This document shows, one piece after another, positions 1-12,100 of a DNA stretch of 38,679 nucleotides (positions are counted from its first letter, which is position 1; every line of letters starts with the position of its first letter). Below the pieces are notes generated by a model. That model was not told the DNA's origin. It saw nothing but the letters and a program-made list of their open reading frames with translations, and searched no databases. The DNA is taken from positions 1 through 38,679 of the forward strand of contig CANQJX010000001.1 of assembly GCA_947624335.1 (NCBI GenBank), given 5' to 3'. Both the position numbers and the translations under genes were made by a program. Origin of the DNA: an uncultured Marvinbryantia sp. (GTDB lineage: Bacteria > Bacillota > Clostridia > Lachnospirales > Lachnospiraceae).

Positions 1-50
1 TTAGGTTTCCCTTGTATGAATCTCTTCTAGAATCTTTCAAGGCTGTGTCA

Positions 51-135
51 CTGTTCAGTTATCAAGGTCCGTCTTGCTTGTTTCCGCTTTTAGCGGCAAC
101 TCCTAAATGTTACCACCTTCAAAAGCATTTGTCAA
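51..135 (-). promoter_or_regulatory. Sigma-A promoter and leader of a probable rRNA operon that lies beyond the left edge
   Basis: Minus strand: TTGACA (135-130), 17 bp, TGG-TAACAT extended -10 (112-107), A-rich upstream. Downstream GGACCTTGATAACTGAACAG (70-51) resembles the boxA/processing-stalk motif of Firmicute rrn leaders. No 16S sequence is in the window, so rrn identity is inferred. Confidence 0.7.
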
Positions 136-173
136 CTATTTTTTTCTATCTGATGACCGGCATCCGACAGAAA

Positions 174-261
174 CGGAGAAAGAGGGATTTGAACCCTCGC
201 GCCGCGTGAACGACCTACACCCTTAGCAGGGGCGCCTCTTCAGCCTCTTGAGTATTTCTCC
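174..261 (-). tRNA. tRNA-Ser (anticodon GCT)
   Basis: Reverse complement GGAGAAATACTCAAGAGGCTGAAGAGGCGCCCCTGCTAAGGGTGTAGGTCGTTCACGCGGCGCGAGGGTTCAAATCCCTCTTTCTCCG folds as a cloverleaf with anticodon loop CTGCTAA, long variable arm and GGTTCAAATCC T-arm. CCA is not encoded. Confidence 0.97.
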
Positions 262-317
262 TTAACGCTGAATTTCTTTTTATTTTTCGCGTCTTTTTTT
301 GTGGTGACGCAACAATT

Positions 318-346
318 ATTATACCCAAACAGCCCCTTTTTGTCAA
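318..346 (-). promoter_or_regulatory. Consensus sigma-A promoter for tRNA-Ser
   Basis: TTGACA (346-341), 17 bp, TATAAT (323-318) on the minus strand. Confidence 0.9.
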
Positions 347-360
347 CCGGAAAACGCAAT

Positions 361-406
361 AAAAATGCAAGGAAAACAGAGGTTTTTCGTCACTTTTTCC
401 TTGCAT
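361..406 (-). terminator. Probable intrinsic terminator after plsC
   Basis: 12-bp inverted repeat ATGCAAGGAAAA (365-376) / TTTTCCTTGCAT (395-406) followed by a T run on the minus strand. The loop is large (18 nt). Confidence 0.55.
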
Positions 407-448
407 ACCATATGTGGTGGAACACGCTGTTTTCAAAAACAAGATTTG

Positions 449-1168
449 CTACTCTGCGCCTGTTACCGCGGCGATTTTCTGCTCGATCCTTTCTTTTACG
501 AGCGCGGCAATTTCCGTCGTTTTCATCCCCTGATATTCTTCATAATAAATCGGAGGAAGATAATGTACCTGTACGGTCACCGGCCTGATGCTGTGCGAAT
601 CGAACGGAATGAAAGAATTGACCAGCGCAACCGGGACAATCGGGCATTTTGCTTTTGTCGCCGCTTTAAAACTGCCGCCTTTAAAATCCAGAAGCCGGTT
701 TCCCTTTTTGGAGCGCGTGCCCTCCGGAAAGATCACATAATTTCTTCCCTCGGAAACCTCCTGCGCCACTTCCAGGATCACTTTCATGGACTGCCGGATG
801 TCTTCCCGGTCCATCGCCTTGGCGTTCAGCATCTTGCGCACCTGCTTTACGGCGATCACGTCTTTTACTTCCTTTTTCATAACAATGGAAAACGGTCTTT
901 TGCTGCTTTCCGCCATTGCGAGAATATCAAACATTCCCTGATGGTTTGGATAGAAAATAAAACCGTTTCGGGAAGGGAGCTGTTCCTGCCCGTCGGACTG
1001 AATTTTCACCCGCCCGCCTTTGTTGGCATTTACCACGATTTTTCTTAAGAGCGCAAAGCGCTGTTCTTCCGTATGCTGATCGTTTCTGCGGCTGTACCAT
1101 ACCAGTTGAAAAAACCACCACGGTACAAACAGAATATTGCGCAGCACCATTATGATAATTCGCCGCAT
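449..1168 (-). CDS. plsC: 1-acyl-sn-glycerol-3-phosphate acyltransferase
   Basis: NHQGMFD (NHxxxxD) and FPEGTRS motifs; GGAG SD upstream. Confidence 0.9.
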   Translation of the reverse strand: MRRIIIMVLRNILFVPWWFFQLVWYSRRNDQHTEEQRFALLRKIVVNANKGGRVKIQSDGQEQLPSRNGFIFYPNHQGMFDILAMAESSKRPFSIVMKKEVKDVIAVKQVRKMLNAKAMDREDIRQSMKVILEVAQEVSEGRNYVIFPEGTRSKKGNRLLDFKGGSFKAATKAKCPIVPVALVNSFIPFDSHSIRPVTVQVHYLPPIYYEEYQGMKTTEIAALVKERIEQKIAAVTGAE

Positions 1169-1188
1169 TTTATCGTCTCCTGTCTTGT

Positions 1189-1947
1189 TTATACAAGCTG
1201 TTCCTGTTTCTGGGGCCTGCTTGTCTTTCCCTTAAAGCGGTTATAAATATACGCGTTTGCCTCTTCTTCCTGCGTGTCGTCTAATTTTGCAAGCGCAACG
1301 GGTTTGCGGTATTTTCTCTCCAGCGCTTTTTGGATCAGATAGTCGCATACCTGCGGGTTTTTAGGCAACAGCGGCCCGTGCAGATAAGTGCCGATCACAT
1401 TTTTGTAAACCACGCCCTCATATCCGCTCTGCGCGTCGTTCCCGCTCCCATAAATCACTTTTCCGAACGGCTTATTCTTTTTGATGTTGGTCCGTCCTCC
1501 ATGATTTTCAAATCCTACCACCGGCATGGAGACCAGATCGCTGCGCAGCACGATGTTGTCGATCAGGCGGTATCCTTTTCCCTGTTCCGTTTCCAGATCG
1601 ATCAGTCCGAGTCCCTCGATCACGCCGTCGTCCGTAGCGTAATAATTTCCCAGAAGCTGAAATCCTCCGCAGATGGCGATTACCACGCCGTCGTCCTCCA
1701 CATATTGCCGGAAATCTTCCCGGATGCGTTTTAATTTGCTGCAGACCAGTTTCTGTTCCCGGTCGGACCCGCCGCCAAGCAGTACAATGTCCAGAGAAGA
1801 AAAGTCGATGGCGTCGTTGATTTCAAATGTTTTTGTCTCCGCCTCAATGCCGCGCCACTGGCACCGTTTCATCAGGCACTGGATATTGCCGCGGTCTCCG
1901 TAGAGATTTAAAAGGTCCGGATAGAGGTGTCCGATCGTCAGCTTCAT
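1189..1947 (-). CDS. gatD: Lipid II isoglutaminyl synthase, glutaminase subunit (CobQ-like GATase)
   Basis: HLYPDLLNLYGDRGN N-terminus, AICGGFQLLG catalytic Cys, GFENHGG, YLHGP; overlaps murT stop (ATGA). Confidence 0.9.
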   Translation of the reverse strand: MKLTIGHLYPDLLNLYGDRGNIQCLMKRCQWRGIEAETKTFEINDAIDFSSLDIVLLGGGSDREQKLVCSKLKRIREDFRQYVEDDGVVIAICGGFQLLGNYYATDDGVIEGLGLIDLETEQGKGYRLIDNIVLRSDLVSMPVVGFENHGGRTNIKKNKPFGKVIYGSGNDAQSGYEGVVYKNVIGTYLHGPLLPKNPQVCDYLIQKALERKYRKPVALAKLDDTQEEEANAYIYNRFKGKTSRPQKQEQLV

Positions 1948-3281
1948 TTTGATTCACCCGCAATCTTTTTCAAAATATTATGCGTGCTGTAAAGTCCGGT
2001 ATAATTTACCAGAACATACAGGTTTTTGCAGCCGTTCGCAATCCGTTCGCGGATCGCTTTTTCCACATCGGGCTCCAGCTCGGAAGGAATATCTACATAT
2101 TTTAAACGCAGCCGCATATCCTGGCAGCGGATGCCGCTTACGACAATGGAATTGATGTTGTCCGCGCAAAAACGATCGAAGTCCACATCCCAGAGCCACG
2201 ATACATCCGTGCCGTCCTGATCGTTGTCGTTGATCAGTATAATAATGTCTTTTTTCCGCTTGTCTTCCATGACGGCGGAAATATTCTGATTAAAACCGGC
2301 GGGGTTTTTTGCCAGATTTAAAATGATCTGCGTTCCCCGGATCAGAAAATGTTCCATACGCCCGTTTTCCGGGCGGTAAGCGTCCAGAACCTCCTGGAAA
2401 TTCTCCAGCGCAAAACCCGCTTCGCGCGCGGCCGCATAAGCGGCGAGAATATTATAGATGTTATAAAAGCCGCGGTAGTTTGCCGTAATGCGCCGCCCTT
2501 CCACCGTAAAGGCCAGATGGTCCCCCGTCTCGATCATGGACGCGTTATAGCGGATGTACGGGCGCTTAAAGTCGCAGGCGCTGCAGTAATAATCGCCCAA
2601 CTGGCTGAAATGGTAGAAATGATATTCCATTTTTGCCCCGCATTTTTTGCAGAAGCGTCCCTCCTTGATCTCGTTGATAGATTCTTCAAAAACTTTTTCT
2701 CCGATCCCGTACGTCACATAGGGATTTCCGCTTTCCATTGTCACAAAGGCGGAAAGCGCGTCGTCCGCGTTGACGATCACCTTCATGCCGGGCGCCAGAT
2801 TCATCGCGTCGCGCACAAGGTTCATGGTAATGTCAATCTCGCCGTAACGGTCAAGCTGATCCCGGAACAAATTGGTCAGTATCATGTAATCCGGCCGGAA
2901 ATGCGGGAAAATGCGGAGCGCGGAAGCCTCGTCTACCTCTATGCAGGCATAGTCCGCATCCAGCTTTGCGTTCCAGCCGGCCTGCAGTACAAACGCCGCC
3001 GCGCAGCCGTTCAGCATATTGGAACCGGTGTGATTGCAGACCACTTTTTTCTTCTGCGCTTCCAGCGCGGCGCAGAGCAGATTGTTTGTAGTCGTTTTTC
3101 CGTTCGTTCCGCAGACTACAAAAATCTTTTCCCTGACTGCGCCCGCCAAATGCGAAAGGATATCCGGATCGATCATCAGCGCAATCTTGCCGGCCCATGT
3201 AACGCCCTGCTTTCCCAGCAGTTTACAGATCTTTGCGGCCGCTTTGGAAGCCCATACCGCCGCTATTCTGCGTAACATCAT
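1944..3281 (-). CDS. murT: Lipid II isoglutaminyl synthase subunit (Mur ligase + DUF1727)
   Basis: GTNGKTTT P-loop, [21 protein letters not shown] zinc site, [17 protein letters not shown]; adjacent to gatD. Confidence 0.92.
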   Translation of the reverse strand: MMLRRIAAVWASKAAAKICKLLGKQGVTWAGKIALMIDPDILSHLAGAVREKIFVVCGTNGKTTTNNLLCAALEAQKKKVVCNHTGSNMLNGCAAAFVLQAGWNAKLDADYACIEVDEASALRIFPHFRPDYMILTNLFRDQLDRYGEIDITMNLVRDAMNLAPGMKVIVNADDALSAFVTMESGNPYVTYGIGEKVFEESINEIKEGRFCKKCGAKMEYHFYHFSQLGDYYCSACDFKRPYIRYNASMIETGDHLAFTVEGRRITANYRGFYNIYNILAAYAAAREAGFALENFQEVLDAYRPENGRMEHFLIRGTQIILNLAKNPAGFNQNISAVMEDKRKKDIIILINDNDQDGTDVSWLWDVDFDRFCADNINSIVVSGIRCQDMRLRLKYVDIPSELEPDVEKAIRERIANGCKNLYVLVNYTGLYSTHNILKKIAGESK

Positions 3282-5785
3282 TGCGTAAGCTCCTCATCCG
3301 CATCCTGTGCAGTTTCTTCCTCGTTTTCTTTTTCCACCCTTACTTTTGCCACGCTGGCAACGGTAACGTTTTCTTCCAGGTTCATTAATTTTACCCCGGA
3401 CGTAATTCTGCCGAGTACAGAAATTCCGCTGCACGGCATCTGGATAATAATGCCTTCCGTGTTGATCATCATAACGTCGTTGTTGAGGTCTACGATCTTC
3501 GCGCCGATCACATTTCCGGTCTTTTCCAGAATCTTATAGCATTTTACGCCCTTTCCGCCGCGGTTCTGAGCGGTAAACTCGTCCACACGCGTCAATTTTC
3601 CAAGTCCTCTTTCCGATACGATCAGAAGATATTCGCCCTGGCAGTCAAGCTGCATTCCGATCACCTCGTCGCCCGGCATCAGGTTGATCCCGATTACGCC
3701 CATGGAAACGCGCCCGGTATTGCGCACGTCCGTCTCATGGAAGCGGATGCACTGGCCATAATTTGTGACAAGCAGAATATCTTTTTGATTGTCGGTAAAT
3801 TTCACTTCGATCAGCTCGTCGTCTTCCCGCAGGCGGATTGCGGTCAATCCCGTCTTGCGCACATTCGCGTAATCCGTGATCGCCGTCTTTTTGACAATTC
3901 CTTTTTTCGTTGCCATAAAAAGATAATTGTTGTCGTTGTATTCCCTGATCGGGATTACCGCTGTAATTTTTTCCTCCGGAGCAAGCTGCAGAAGATTGAT
4001 GATCGCCGTTCCGCGCGATGTTCTTCCCGCTTCCGGGATCTCGTACGCCTTTAAGCGGAACACTTTGCCAAAGTTTGTAAAGAACATCAGGTAATGGTGC
4101 GTGGATGTTACAAACAGTTCCTCGATATAATCATCCTCGATGGTCTGCATCCCCTTGATGCCTTTTCCGCCGCGGTTCTGGCTTCGGAAATTATCGGGCG
4201 TCATACGTTTAATATAGCCCAGTTTTGTCATGGTGATCACAACATTTTCTTCCGGGATCAGATCTTCCGTAGAAATATCAAATTCGTCAAATCCGATGGA
4301 CGTCCTGCGGTCGTCGCCGTATTTGTCCGCAATCACCTGCATTTCTTCCTTAATTACGCCAAGAAGCAGCTTTTCGTCCGCAAGGATGGCTTTTAATTCT
4401 TTGATTTTTTCCATCAGCTCCGCATACTCGTTTTCCAGTTTTTCTCTTTCCAGGCCGGTAAGCGTGCGCAGACGCATATCCACGATTGCCTGCGCCTGTG
4501 CGTCAGAAAGTTCAAAGCGCTCCATCAGAGCTTCTTTGGCGATCTGCGTGCTTCTGGATCCGCGGATGATATGAATGACTTCGTCAATGTTGTCCAGCGC
4601 CGTTAAAAGCCCTTTTAAAATATGCGCCCGTTCTTCCGCCTTGTTTAATTCGTATCGGGTTCTTCTGGTAACCACATCTTCCTGATGTTTCAGGTAATGC
4701 TTTAACAGCTCAAGAAGGTTCATAACCTTTGGCTCCAGCACATCGTTCCCGCGGCTTACCACGGCCAGCATAATCACGCCGAATGTATCCTGAAGCTGCG
4801 TATGTTTATAAAGCTGATTTAAAATAATGTTTGCATTTACATCGCGGCGCAGTTCGATATTGATTCGCATGCCTTCGCGGCTGGATTCATCGGTCAGCGC
4901 GGTGATCCCGTCGATTTTCTTTTCTTTTACAAGATCCGCGATTTTTTCAATCAGCCTCGCTTTGTTTACCATATAAGGAAGTTCCGTTACAATAATGCGG
5001 CTTTTCCCGTTTGGCAATGTTTCGATATTGGTGACTGCGCGCACGCGGATTTTTCCGCGTCCCGTGCGGTAAGCTTCCTCAATGCCCCGCGTGCCGAGAA
5101 TCTGCGCGCCCGTAGGAAAATCCGGGCCTTTGATAATCTTTAAGACCTCTTCTATTTCGGTATCGCGGTCTTCGTTTATGCGGTTATCAATAATTTTTAT
5201 CACAGCCGCAATCACCTCGCGCAGATTGTGCGGCGGGATATTGGTCGCCATGCCGACGGCAATCCCGGACGTTCCGTTTACCAAAAGGTTCGGATAACGC
5301 GCCGGCAGCACGGCAGGCTCTTTTTCTGTCTCATCAAAATTCGGCTTAAAATCTACGGTATCTTTATTGATATCCGCCAGAAGTTCCATGGAAATCTTGC
5401 TTAAACGGGCTTCCGTATAACGCATGGCGGCAGCGCCGTCGCCGTCCACCGAGCCAAAGTTTCCGTGGCCGTCTACCAGCGTGTACCGGGTAGACCAGGG
5501 CTGCGCCATATTAACCAGCGCCCCGTAAATGGAACTGTCTCCGTGCGGATGATATTTACCCATCGTATCGCCGACGATACGCGCGCATTTGCGGTGCGGT
5601 TTGTCGGGACCGTTATTCAATTCGATCATGGAGTAAAGAACCCTGCGCTGAACCGGTTTTAATCCGTCTCTTACATCGGGAAGCGCGCGCGTGGCAATTA
5701 CACTCATGGCATATTCGATGTAAGACTTTTCCATGGTCTTTTTCAGATCGACCTCTTGTACCTTATCAAAAATATTGTCTTCCAC
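3278..5785 (-). CDS. gyrA: DNA gyrase subunit A
   Basis: [28 protein letters not shown] catalytic Tyr, GyrA-box QNRGGKG; GTG start after AGGAGG. Confidence 0.98.
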   Translation of the reverse strand: MEDNIFDKVQEVDLKKTMEKSYIEYAMSVIATRALPDVRDGLKPVQRRVLYSMIELNNGPDKPHRKCARIVGDTMGKYHPHGDSSIYGALVNMAQPWSTRYTLVDGHGNFGSVDGDGAAAMRYTEARLSKISMELLADINKDTVDFKPNFDETEKEPAVLPARYPNLLVNGTSGIAVGMATNIPPHNLREVIAAVIKIIDNRINEDRDTEIEEVLKIIKGPDFPTGAQILGTRGIEEAYRTGRGKIRVRAVTNIETLPNGKSRIIVTELPYMVNKARLIEKIADLVKEKKIDGITALTDESSREGMRINIELRRDVNANIILNQLYKHTQLQDTFGVIMLAVVSRGNDVLEPKVMNLLELLKHYLKHQEDVVTRRTRYELNKAEERAHILKGLLTALDNIDEVIHIIRGSRSTQIAKEALMERFELSDAQAQAIVDMRLRTLTGLEREKLENEYAELMEKIKELKAILADEKLLLGVIKEEMQVIADKYGDDRRTSIGFDEFDISTEDLIPEENVVITMTKLGYIKRMTPDNFRSQNRGGKGIKGMQTIEDDYIEELFVTSTHHYLMFFTNFGKVFRLKAYEIPEAGRTSRGTAIINLLQLAPEEKITAVIPIREYNDNNYLFMATKKGIVKKTAITDYANVRKTGLTAIRLREDDELIEVKFTDNQKDILLVTNYGQCIRFHETDVRNTGRVSMGVIGINLMPGDEVIGMQLDCQGEYLLIVSERGLGKLTRVDEFTAQNRGGKGVKCYKILEKTGNVIGAKIVDLNNDVMMINTEGIIIQMPCSGISVLGRITSGVKLMNLEENVTVASVAKVRVEKENEEETAQDADEELTQ

Positions 5786-5796
5786 GGCTCTTCCTC

Positions 5797-7734
<1,938 letters not shown>

Positions 7735-8823
7735 TTATGAATGCCCATCAAAAACCTGTCCGTCAACTACATGGAAAACTTTATTAATCTGAAAACGATT
7801 CTGAACAAAGTCGTCTAACCCGGTACAGGTAATAAATGTCTGAATATCGTGAATATTATCCAGCAGATACTTCTGGCGGTTACTGTCCAGTTCGGAAAGA
7901 ACGTCGTCCAAAAGAAGGATCGGCGTATCGCCAATCTCCTGTTTTACCAGTTCAATTTCCGCCAGCTTTAAAGAAAGCGCAGCCGTTCTTTGCTGTCCCT
8001 GAGAACCGTATTTACGCAGATCCACATTTTGAGACTTTATGCAGATATCATCCCTGTGCGGACCTGTCACAGACATTTTCATTTTCAATTCTTTTTCTCG
8101 ATTTCTTTTTAACGTTTCTTCAAACTCTTGTGAAGAAACATTTTCTTCATACGCAAGTTCCAGATTTTCTTTTTCGCCCGTTAAATGTCTGTGGATCTTT
8201 GCCGCTATTTCATTTAACCGGACAAGAAATTTTTCTCTTTCCTCAATAATCTTTTTCCCGTATGCTGCAAGCTGAATATCCCAGACATCCAGCGTATCGG
8301 CAATATCGGAACGAAAATAATATTCCCTTAATAGTTTATTTCTCTGGTTGATCACTTTATTGTAATTTGATAAATGATAAAGATATACTTTGTTTAACTG
8401 GCAAAGTTCCATATCAATAAAGTGTCTCCGCACCGCGGGCCCGTCCTTGATGATATTTAAATCTTCCGGAGAAAAAAATACAAAATTTGCGATTCCGAAC
8501 AGTTCGCTTGCTTTACGGATCGGAACTCCGTTAATCGCAATTCCTTTCGGTTTATTTTTTTTCAAGTGCATATCCACTTTAATCGGACTGTCGTTTCTTC
8601 TTATCCGCATGCGGATATGGGATTCTTCTTCTTCAAACTGAATGATTTCGCGGTCTTTGCTTCCCTTATGAGACTTTGTAGTTCCGCAAAGATAAATAGA
8701 TTCCAGAATATTTGTCTTTCCCTGCGCGTTGTCCCCGTAAAAAATATTTGTTCCACTGTCAAATTTTAATTTTAAAGATTTATAATTGCGGAATTTTTCT
8801 AACTTTATCGATTCAATGATCAT
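7735..8823 (-). CDS. recF: DNA replication/repair protein RecF
   Basis: GDNAQGKTN Walker A, GPHRDD, SQGQQR, LLLDDVLSELD. Confidence 0.97.
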   Translation of the reverse strand: MIIESIKLEKFRNYKSLKLKFDSGTNIFYGDNAQGKTNILESIYLCGTTKSHKGSKDREIIQFEEEESHIRMRIRRNDSPIKVDMHLKKNKPKGIAINGVPIRKASELFGIANFVFFSPEDLNIIKDGPAVRRHFIDMELCQLNKVYLYHLSNYNKVINQRNKLLREYYFRSDIADTLDVWDIQLAAYGKKIIEEREKFLVRLNEIAAKIHRHLTGEKENLELAYEENVSSQEFEETLKRNREKELKMKMSVTGPHRDDICIKSQNVDLRKYGSQGQQRTAALSLKLAEIELVKQEIGDTPILLLDDVLSELDSNRQKYLLDNIHDIQTFITCTGLDDFVQNRFQINKVFHVVDGQVFDGHS

Positions 8824-8832
8824 GGTTTCCTC

Positions 8833-9042
8833 TTATTTTACAACTTTCAGTATCGTTTCTTCAAATTCCACAATATCGCCTTCGTATATTTTTTTACCGC
8901 GCTGAAATTCTGTCTCCTGATTTACTTTTACCAGACCGTCCAAAATGGCAGCCTTCGCTTCCGCCCCCGATTCTGCCAGACCGGCGGCTTTTAATAACTG
9001 ACCAAGTTTAATAAAATCATCCCGCAACGTAAATGTTTCCAT
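8833..9042 (-). CDS. yaaA: S4-domain RNA-binding protein (YaaA family)
   Basis: FIKLGQLLK...ESGAEAK...RGKKI; canonical position between dnaN and recF. Confidence 0.9.
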   Translation of the reverse strand: METFTLRDDFIKLGQLLKAAGLAESGAEAKAAILDGLVKVNQETEFQRGKKIYEGDIVEFEETILKVVK

Positions 9043-9060
9043 GTAAAATGCCTCTTTGCT

Positions 9061-10164
9061 TTACGCATTAAAATTTACAGGTAAAATCAGATAAACATAG
9101 CTTTCCGTATCGTCCTTAATAAAGCACGGCGCCTTTGGATTTACCAGATAAACCGTAATCGTTTCATCGTCGATTACGCGCAGCGCGTCCAAAAGGAAGC
9201 GCGGATTAAATCCGATCAGAATATCTTTTCCTTCTTTTTCAATCAAAATCTGTTCGTTCATAGAACCGATCTGGGAATCTATTTTTAATTCCATGCTGTG
9301 ATCGTCGATTCCGATAATGATGGGACGCTTATCGCCTTCTTTAATCAGAAGCGTCGCACGGTCGATACAATCCAGCAATTCCCGTTTGTTTATTTTTAAT
9401 TTTGTCTCATAATCGCTGGAAAGCATCTGTTCAATATGGAAATATTCTCCCTCAATCAATCTGGAAACGGCAATGGTATTTTCCAGTTCAAACAAAACAT
9501 GGTTCTTGGTAAAATAAATTTCAACCATGTCTTCCGTTTCTCCGGATAATATCTTGCTGATCTCGATTAATGTCTTTCCGGGTACGACGATTTTCTTTTT
9601 CTCATAAGTATCTTTTAATTCTATTTTACGGATAGAAATACGGTGTCCGTCTAAAGAAACCACTTTTAAAGTATTTCCGTCGATCTCAAATAATTCGCCG
9701 GTCATCATACGGTTATTTTCATTTTGGGCGATAGAAAAGATCGTCTGTTTGATTACTTCGCGCAAGGTAAACTGCGAAATACAGATAGAATTATCTTTTT
9801 CTACAAACGGGAGATAAGGATAATCTTCTCCGTCTTTTCCGGAAATGGAAAACTTTGCTTTTTCACAGGTAATAACCGCCTGGAATTTATCATCCGCCGT
9901 AATCACAACTTCATTTTCGGGAAGCTTTCGTATAATTTCCGAAAACAGCCTGGCGTCCAGCGCAATCTTTCCTTTTTCCAGAATATTGCCTTTTACAACC
10001 GTCTCTATGCCTAATTCCATATCGTTTGTAGTAAATTTAATCTCTTCCCTCGCAGCGTCGATTAAAATACATTCGAGAATCGGCATCGTCGTTTTGGAAG
10101 GCACGGCTTTCATTACGATGTTAACACTTTTCAACAGCTCTGATTTCTGACAAACAATTTTCAT
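9061..10164 (-). CDS. dnaN: DNA polymerase III beta clamp
   Basis: 367 aa, PILECILI, DGHRI, SRLIEGEY, GFNPRFL, YLILPV; AGGAGG SD; directly after dnaA. Confidence 0.97.
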   Translation of the reverse strand: MKIVCQKSELLKSVNIVMKAVPSKTTMPILECILIDAAREEIKFTTNDMELGIETVVKGNILEKGKIALDARLFSEIIRKLPENEVVITADDKFQAVITCEKAKFSISGKDGEDYPYLPFVEKDNSICISQFTLREVIKQTIFSIAQNENNRMMTGELFEIDGNTLKVVSLDGHRISIRKIELKDTYEKKKIVVPGKTLIEISKILSGETEDMVEIYFTKNHVLFELENTIAVSRLIEGEYFHIEQMLSSDYETKLKINKRELLDCIDRATLLIKEGDKRPIIIGIDDHSMELKIDSQIGSMNEQILIEKEGKDILIGFNPRFLLDALRVIDDETITVYLVNPKAPCFIKDDTESYVYLILPVNFNA

Positions 10165-10188
10165 TTGTATCCTCCTTTTTTAAAAAAG

Positions 10189-10315
10189 ATTAGAAGTATT
10201 CTTCATAGGGGCTGTGGATTTGTGAATAACACAAAAAAATACAGCCGGAAAAAGAAATTTTGAATGGATAACTTTGTGTGTAACAGGAACAAAAAGCAAA
10301 ATAAAATGTGAATCG
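10189..10315. other. oriC, downstream part: DnaA boxes plus probable basal unwinding site
   Basis: DnaA boxes TGTGAATAA (10221-10229, matches TTATNCACA), TGTGGATTT (10213-10221), AATGGATAA (10263-10271), TGTGTGTAA (10275-10283). The tandem box pair abuts GGGGC and a TAG-AAG-TAT-TCT-TCA-TAG trio-like run next to an AT-rich tract. Confidence 0.85.
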
Positions 10316-10316
10316 T

Positions 10317-11678
10317 TCAGGGATTGATTTTTTTAATTAAAATATCAATGAGCGTTTTCATGCTTTCGCTGTGTTCTACTTCGTAAGCGATTTTTTCACA
10401 TCCGTGGATAACGGTGGAATGATCTCTTTTTCCGAGAATGTTTCCGATTTCTTTAAACTGCGTCTGCGTCATTTCTCTGCATAAATACATGGCAATCTGC
10501 CTGGGTATAACGATCTCGGAATTTCTTTTCGCGCCCAGAAGATCGGCTTTTTGAATGTGGAAATGTTCGCAAACCGTGTCGATAATAATTTCCGGCGTGA
10601 CAATTCTTTTTTGATCCGGAGAAATAAGATTTTTCAAAGCTTCCTTTGCCAGATCCAGACTGATGTCTTCTTCTTTCAGGTTTTGAAGCCTTCCGAAAGC
10701 GGCAACCATATTCAACGCGCCTTCCAGTTCCCGGATATTGGATTTAATATTTGTCGCAATGTATTGGATAATTTCATCGTTGATGGTATATCCGTCCAAT
10801 TCTTCTTTCTTTTTCAGAATCGCCATTCTTGTTTCATAATCGGGAGAAGAAATATCCGCAATCAGACCCCACTCAAACCGCGATTTAAACCGTTCTTCCA
10901 AAGTAGACATTTCTTTAGGAGGCTTGTCCGAGGAAATGATAATTTGTTTTCCGGCGCTGTGCAGGTCGTTAAAGGTATGAAAAAATTCTTCCTGCGTAGA
11001 TTCCTTTCCTATTATAAATTGAATATCGTCGATTAAAAGAACATCAATGCTGCGGTATTTTTCGCGAAATTTAGACATCGCGGCGTTATTTCCGCTTCGG
11101 ATATTTTCAATTACTTCATTTGTAAACGTTTCGCTTGTCACATAAAGAACTTTTGTATCCGGATTTTTGTCCAGAATAAAATGAGCGACGGAGTGCATCA
11201 AATGCGTTTTTCCCAGACCTACTCCCCCGTAAATAAAAAGAGGGTTATAGTTTTTGCCCGGAGATTCCGCCACAGCAAGAGAAGCCGCGTGCGCAAACTT
11301 ATTGTTTCCGCCTACGACAAAGGTATCAAACGTATAACGCGGATTTAAATTGGCGCGTTCTATAATAACGTTCATTTTCTGTTCCGGCTGTTTGGATTGT
11401 TCCGAATTTTCCGTATCCTGCGGAAGAACAAATTTTACTTCACAGTCGATGCCGGTAACTTCTTCAATCGCAATTTTAATCGGAAGAAGATATTTTTTGT
11501 TGATATAATTCAGATACATCTGCTGCTGCGCGTTGGGAACAATGATATACACGGTGTTATTTTCAAAACGCTGAACCTTTAAGGGTTTTAGCCATGTATT
11601 AAAAGATACATGAGTCATCTCATGTTCTATCTGCACGCGATATAAGATTTCCTCCCAATGCTGTTCAATGATATTCAT
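10317..11678 (-). CDS. dnaA: Chromosomal replication initiator DnaA
   Basis: LNPRYTFDTFV, GGVGLGKTHL, LLIDDIQF, QEEFFHTFN, RDHSTVIHG. Start placed at ATG 11678 after AGGAG (ORF track extends to 11777). Confidence 0.98.
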   Translation of the reverse strand: MNIIEQHWEEILYRVQIEHEMTHVSFNTWLKPLKVQRFENNTVYIIVPNAQQQMYLNYINKKYLLPIKIAIEEVTGIDCEVKFVLPQDTENSEQSKQPEQKMNVIIERANLNPRYTFDTFVVGGNNKFAHAASLAVAESPGKNYNPLFIYGGVGLGKTHLMHSVAHFILDKNPDTKVLYVTSETFTNEVIENIRSGNNAAMSKFREKYRSIDVLLIDDIQFIIGKESTQEEFFHTFNDLHSAGKQIIISSDKPPKEMSTLEERFKSRFEWGLIADISSPDYETRMAILKKKEELDGYTINDEIIQYIATNIKSNIRELEGALNMVAAFGRLQNLKEEDISLDLAKEALKNLISPDQKRIVTPEIIIDTVCEHFHIQKADLLGAKRNSEIVIPRQIAMYLCREMTQTQFKEIGNILGKRDHSTVIHGCEKIAYEVEHSESMKTLIDILIKKINP

Positions 11679-11812
11679 GAAAAATCTCCTTTTTGAACAC
11701 AAAAACTCTAGAATAATATTAAACCAAATCCATGTTTTTCGCAATGAAAAGTTTTTGCGGAAACATGAAATTGACATAATATAGGAGCAAAATTTTACAT
11801 AAAAGAAAGACC

Positions 11813-11938
11813 TGTGTAAAAGTTAAAAAAACTATAAACAAAAGAAAGCAGGAAAAACAATAAAAAAACAAAGGTTATAAAAATTTTTACACAGAAAAAA
11901 AGAGAGTTATACACAACTTATCCTCAAAATGTGGATAA
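11813..11938. promoter_or_regulatory. oriC, upstream DnaA-box cluster between dnaA and rpmH
   Basis: TGTGTAAAA (11813-11821), TTTTACACA (11885-11893), TTATACACA (11907-11915), TTATCCTCA (11918-11926), TGTGGATAA (11930-11938) in very A-rich DNA. Confidence 0.85.
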
Positions 11939-11994
11939 AATTACGTTAACCAATCGGCAAAAGAAGAAAATAAATGCAAAAAGGCAGATTTTAC

Positions 11995-12023
11995 TTGACT
12001 ATCCTGATCTTTATGAATATAAT
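11995..12023 (+). promoter_or_regulatory. Sigma-A promoter of the rpmH operon
   Basis: TTGACT (11995-12000), 17 bp, TATAAT (12018-12023). Confidence 0.85.
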
Positions 12024-12100
12024 TGTGGTGATGTTTTAACCTGACCGAAAGAAAAATACCATTTTATTCTTTATTTGGTAGAAAAGGAGGTGCGGTCCAC

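Noticed and set aside
10403-10411. DnaA-box-like CGTGGATAA inside dnaA
   Set aside because: Explained by the codons of the conserved TVIHG motif; no independent support.
11679-11777. N-terminal extension of DnaA in the ORF track
   Set aside because: The AGGAG SD lies before ATG 11678; the extension is not DnaA-like.
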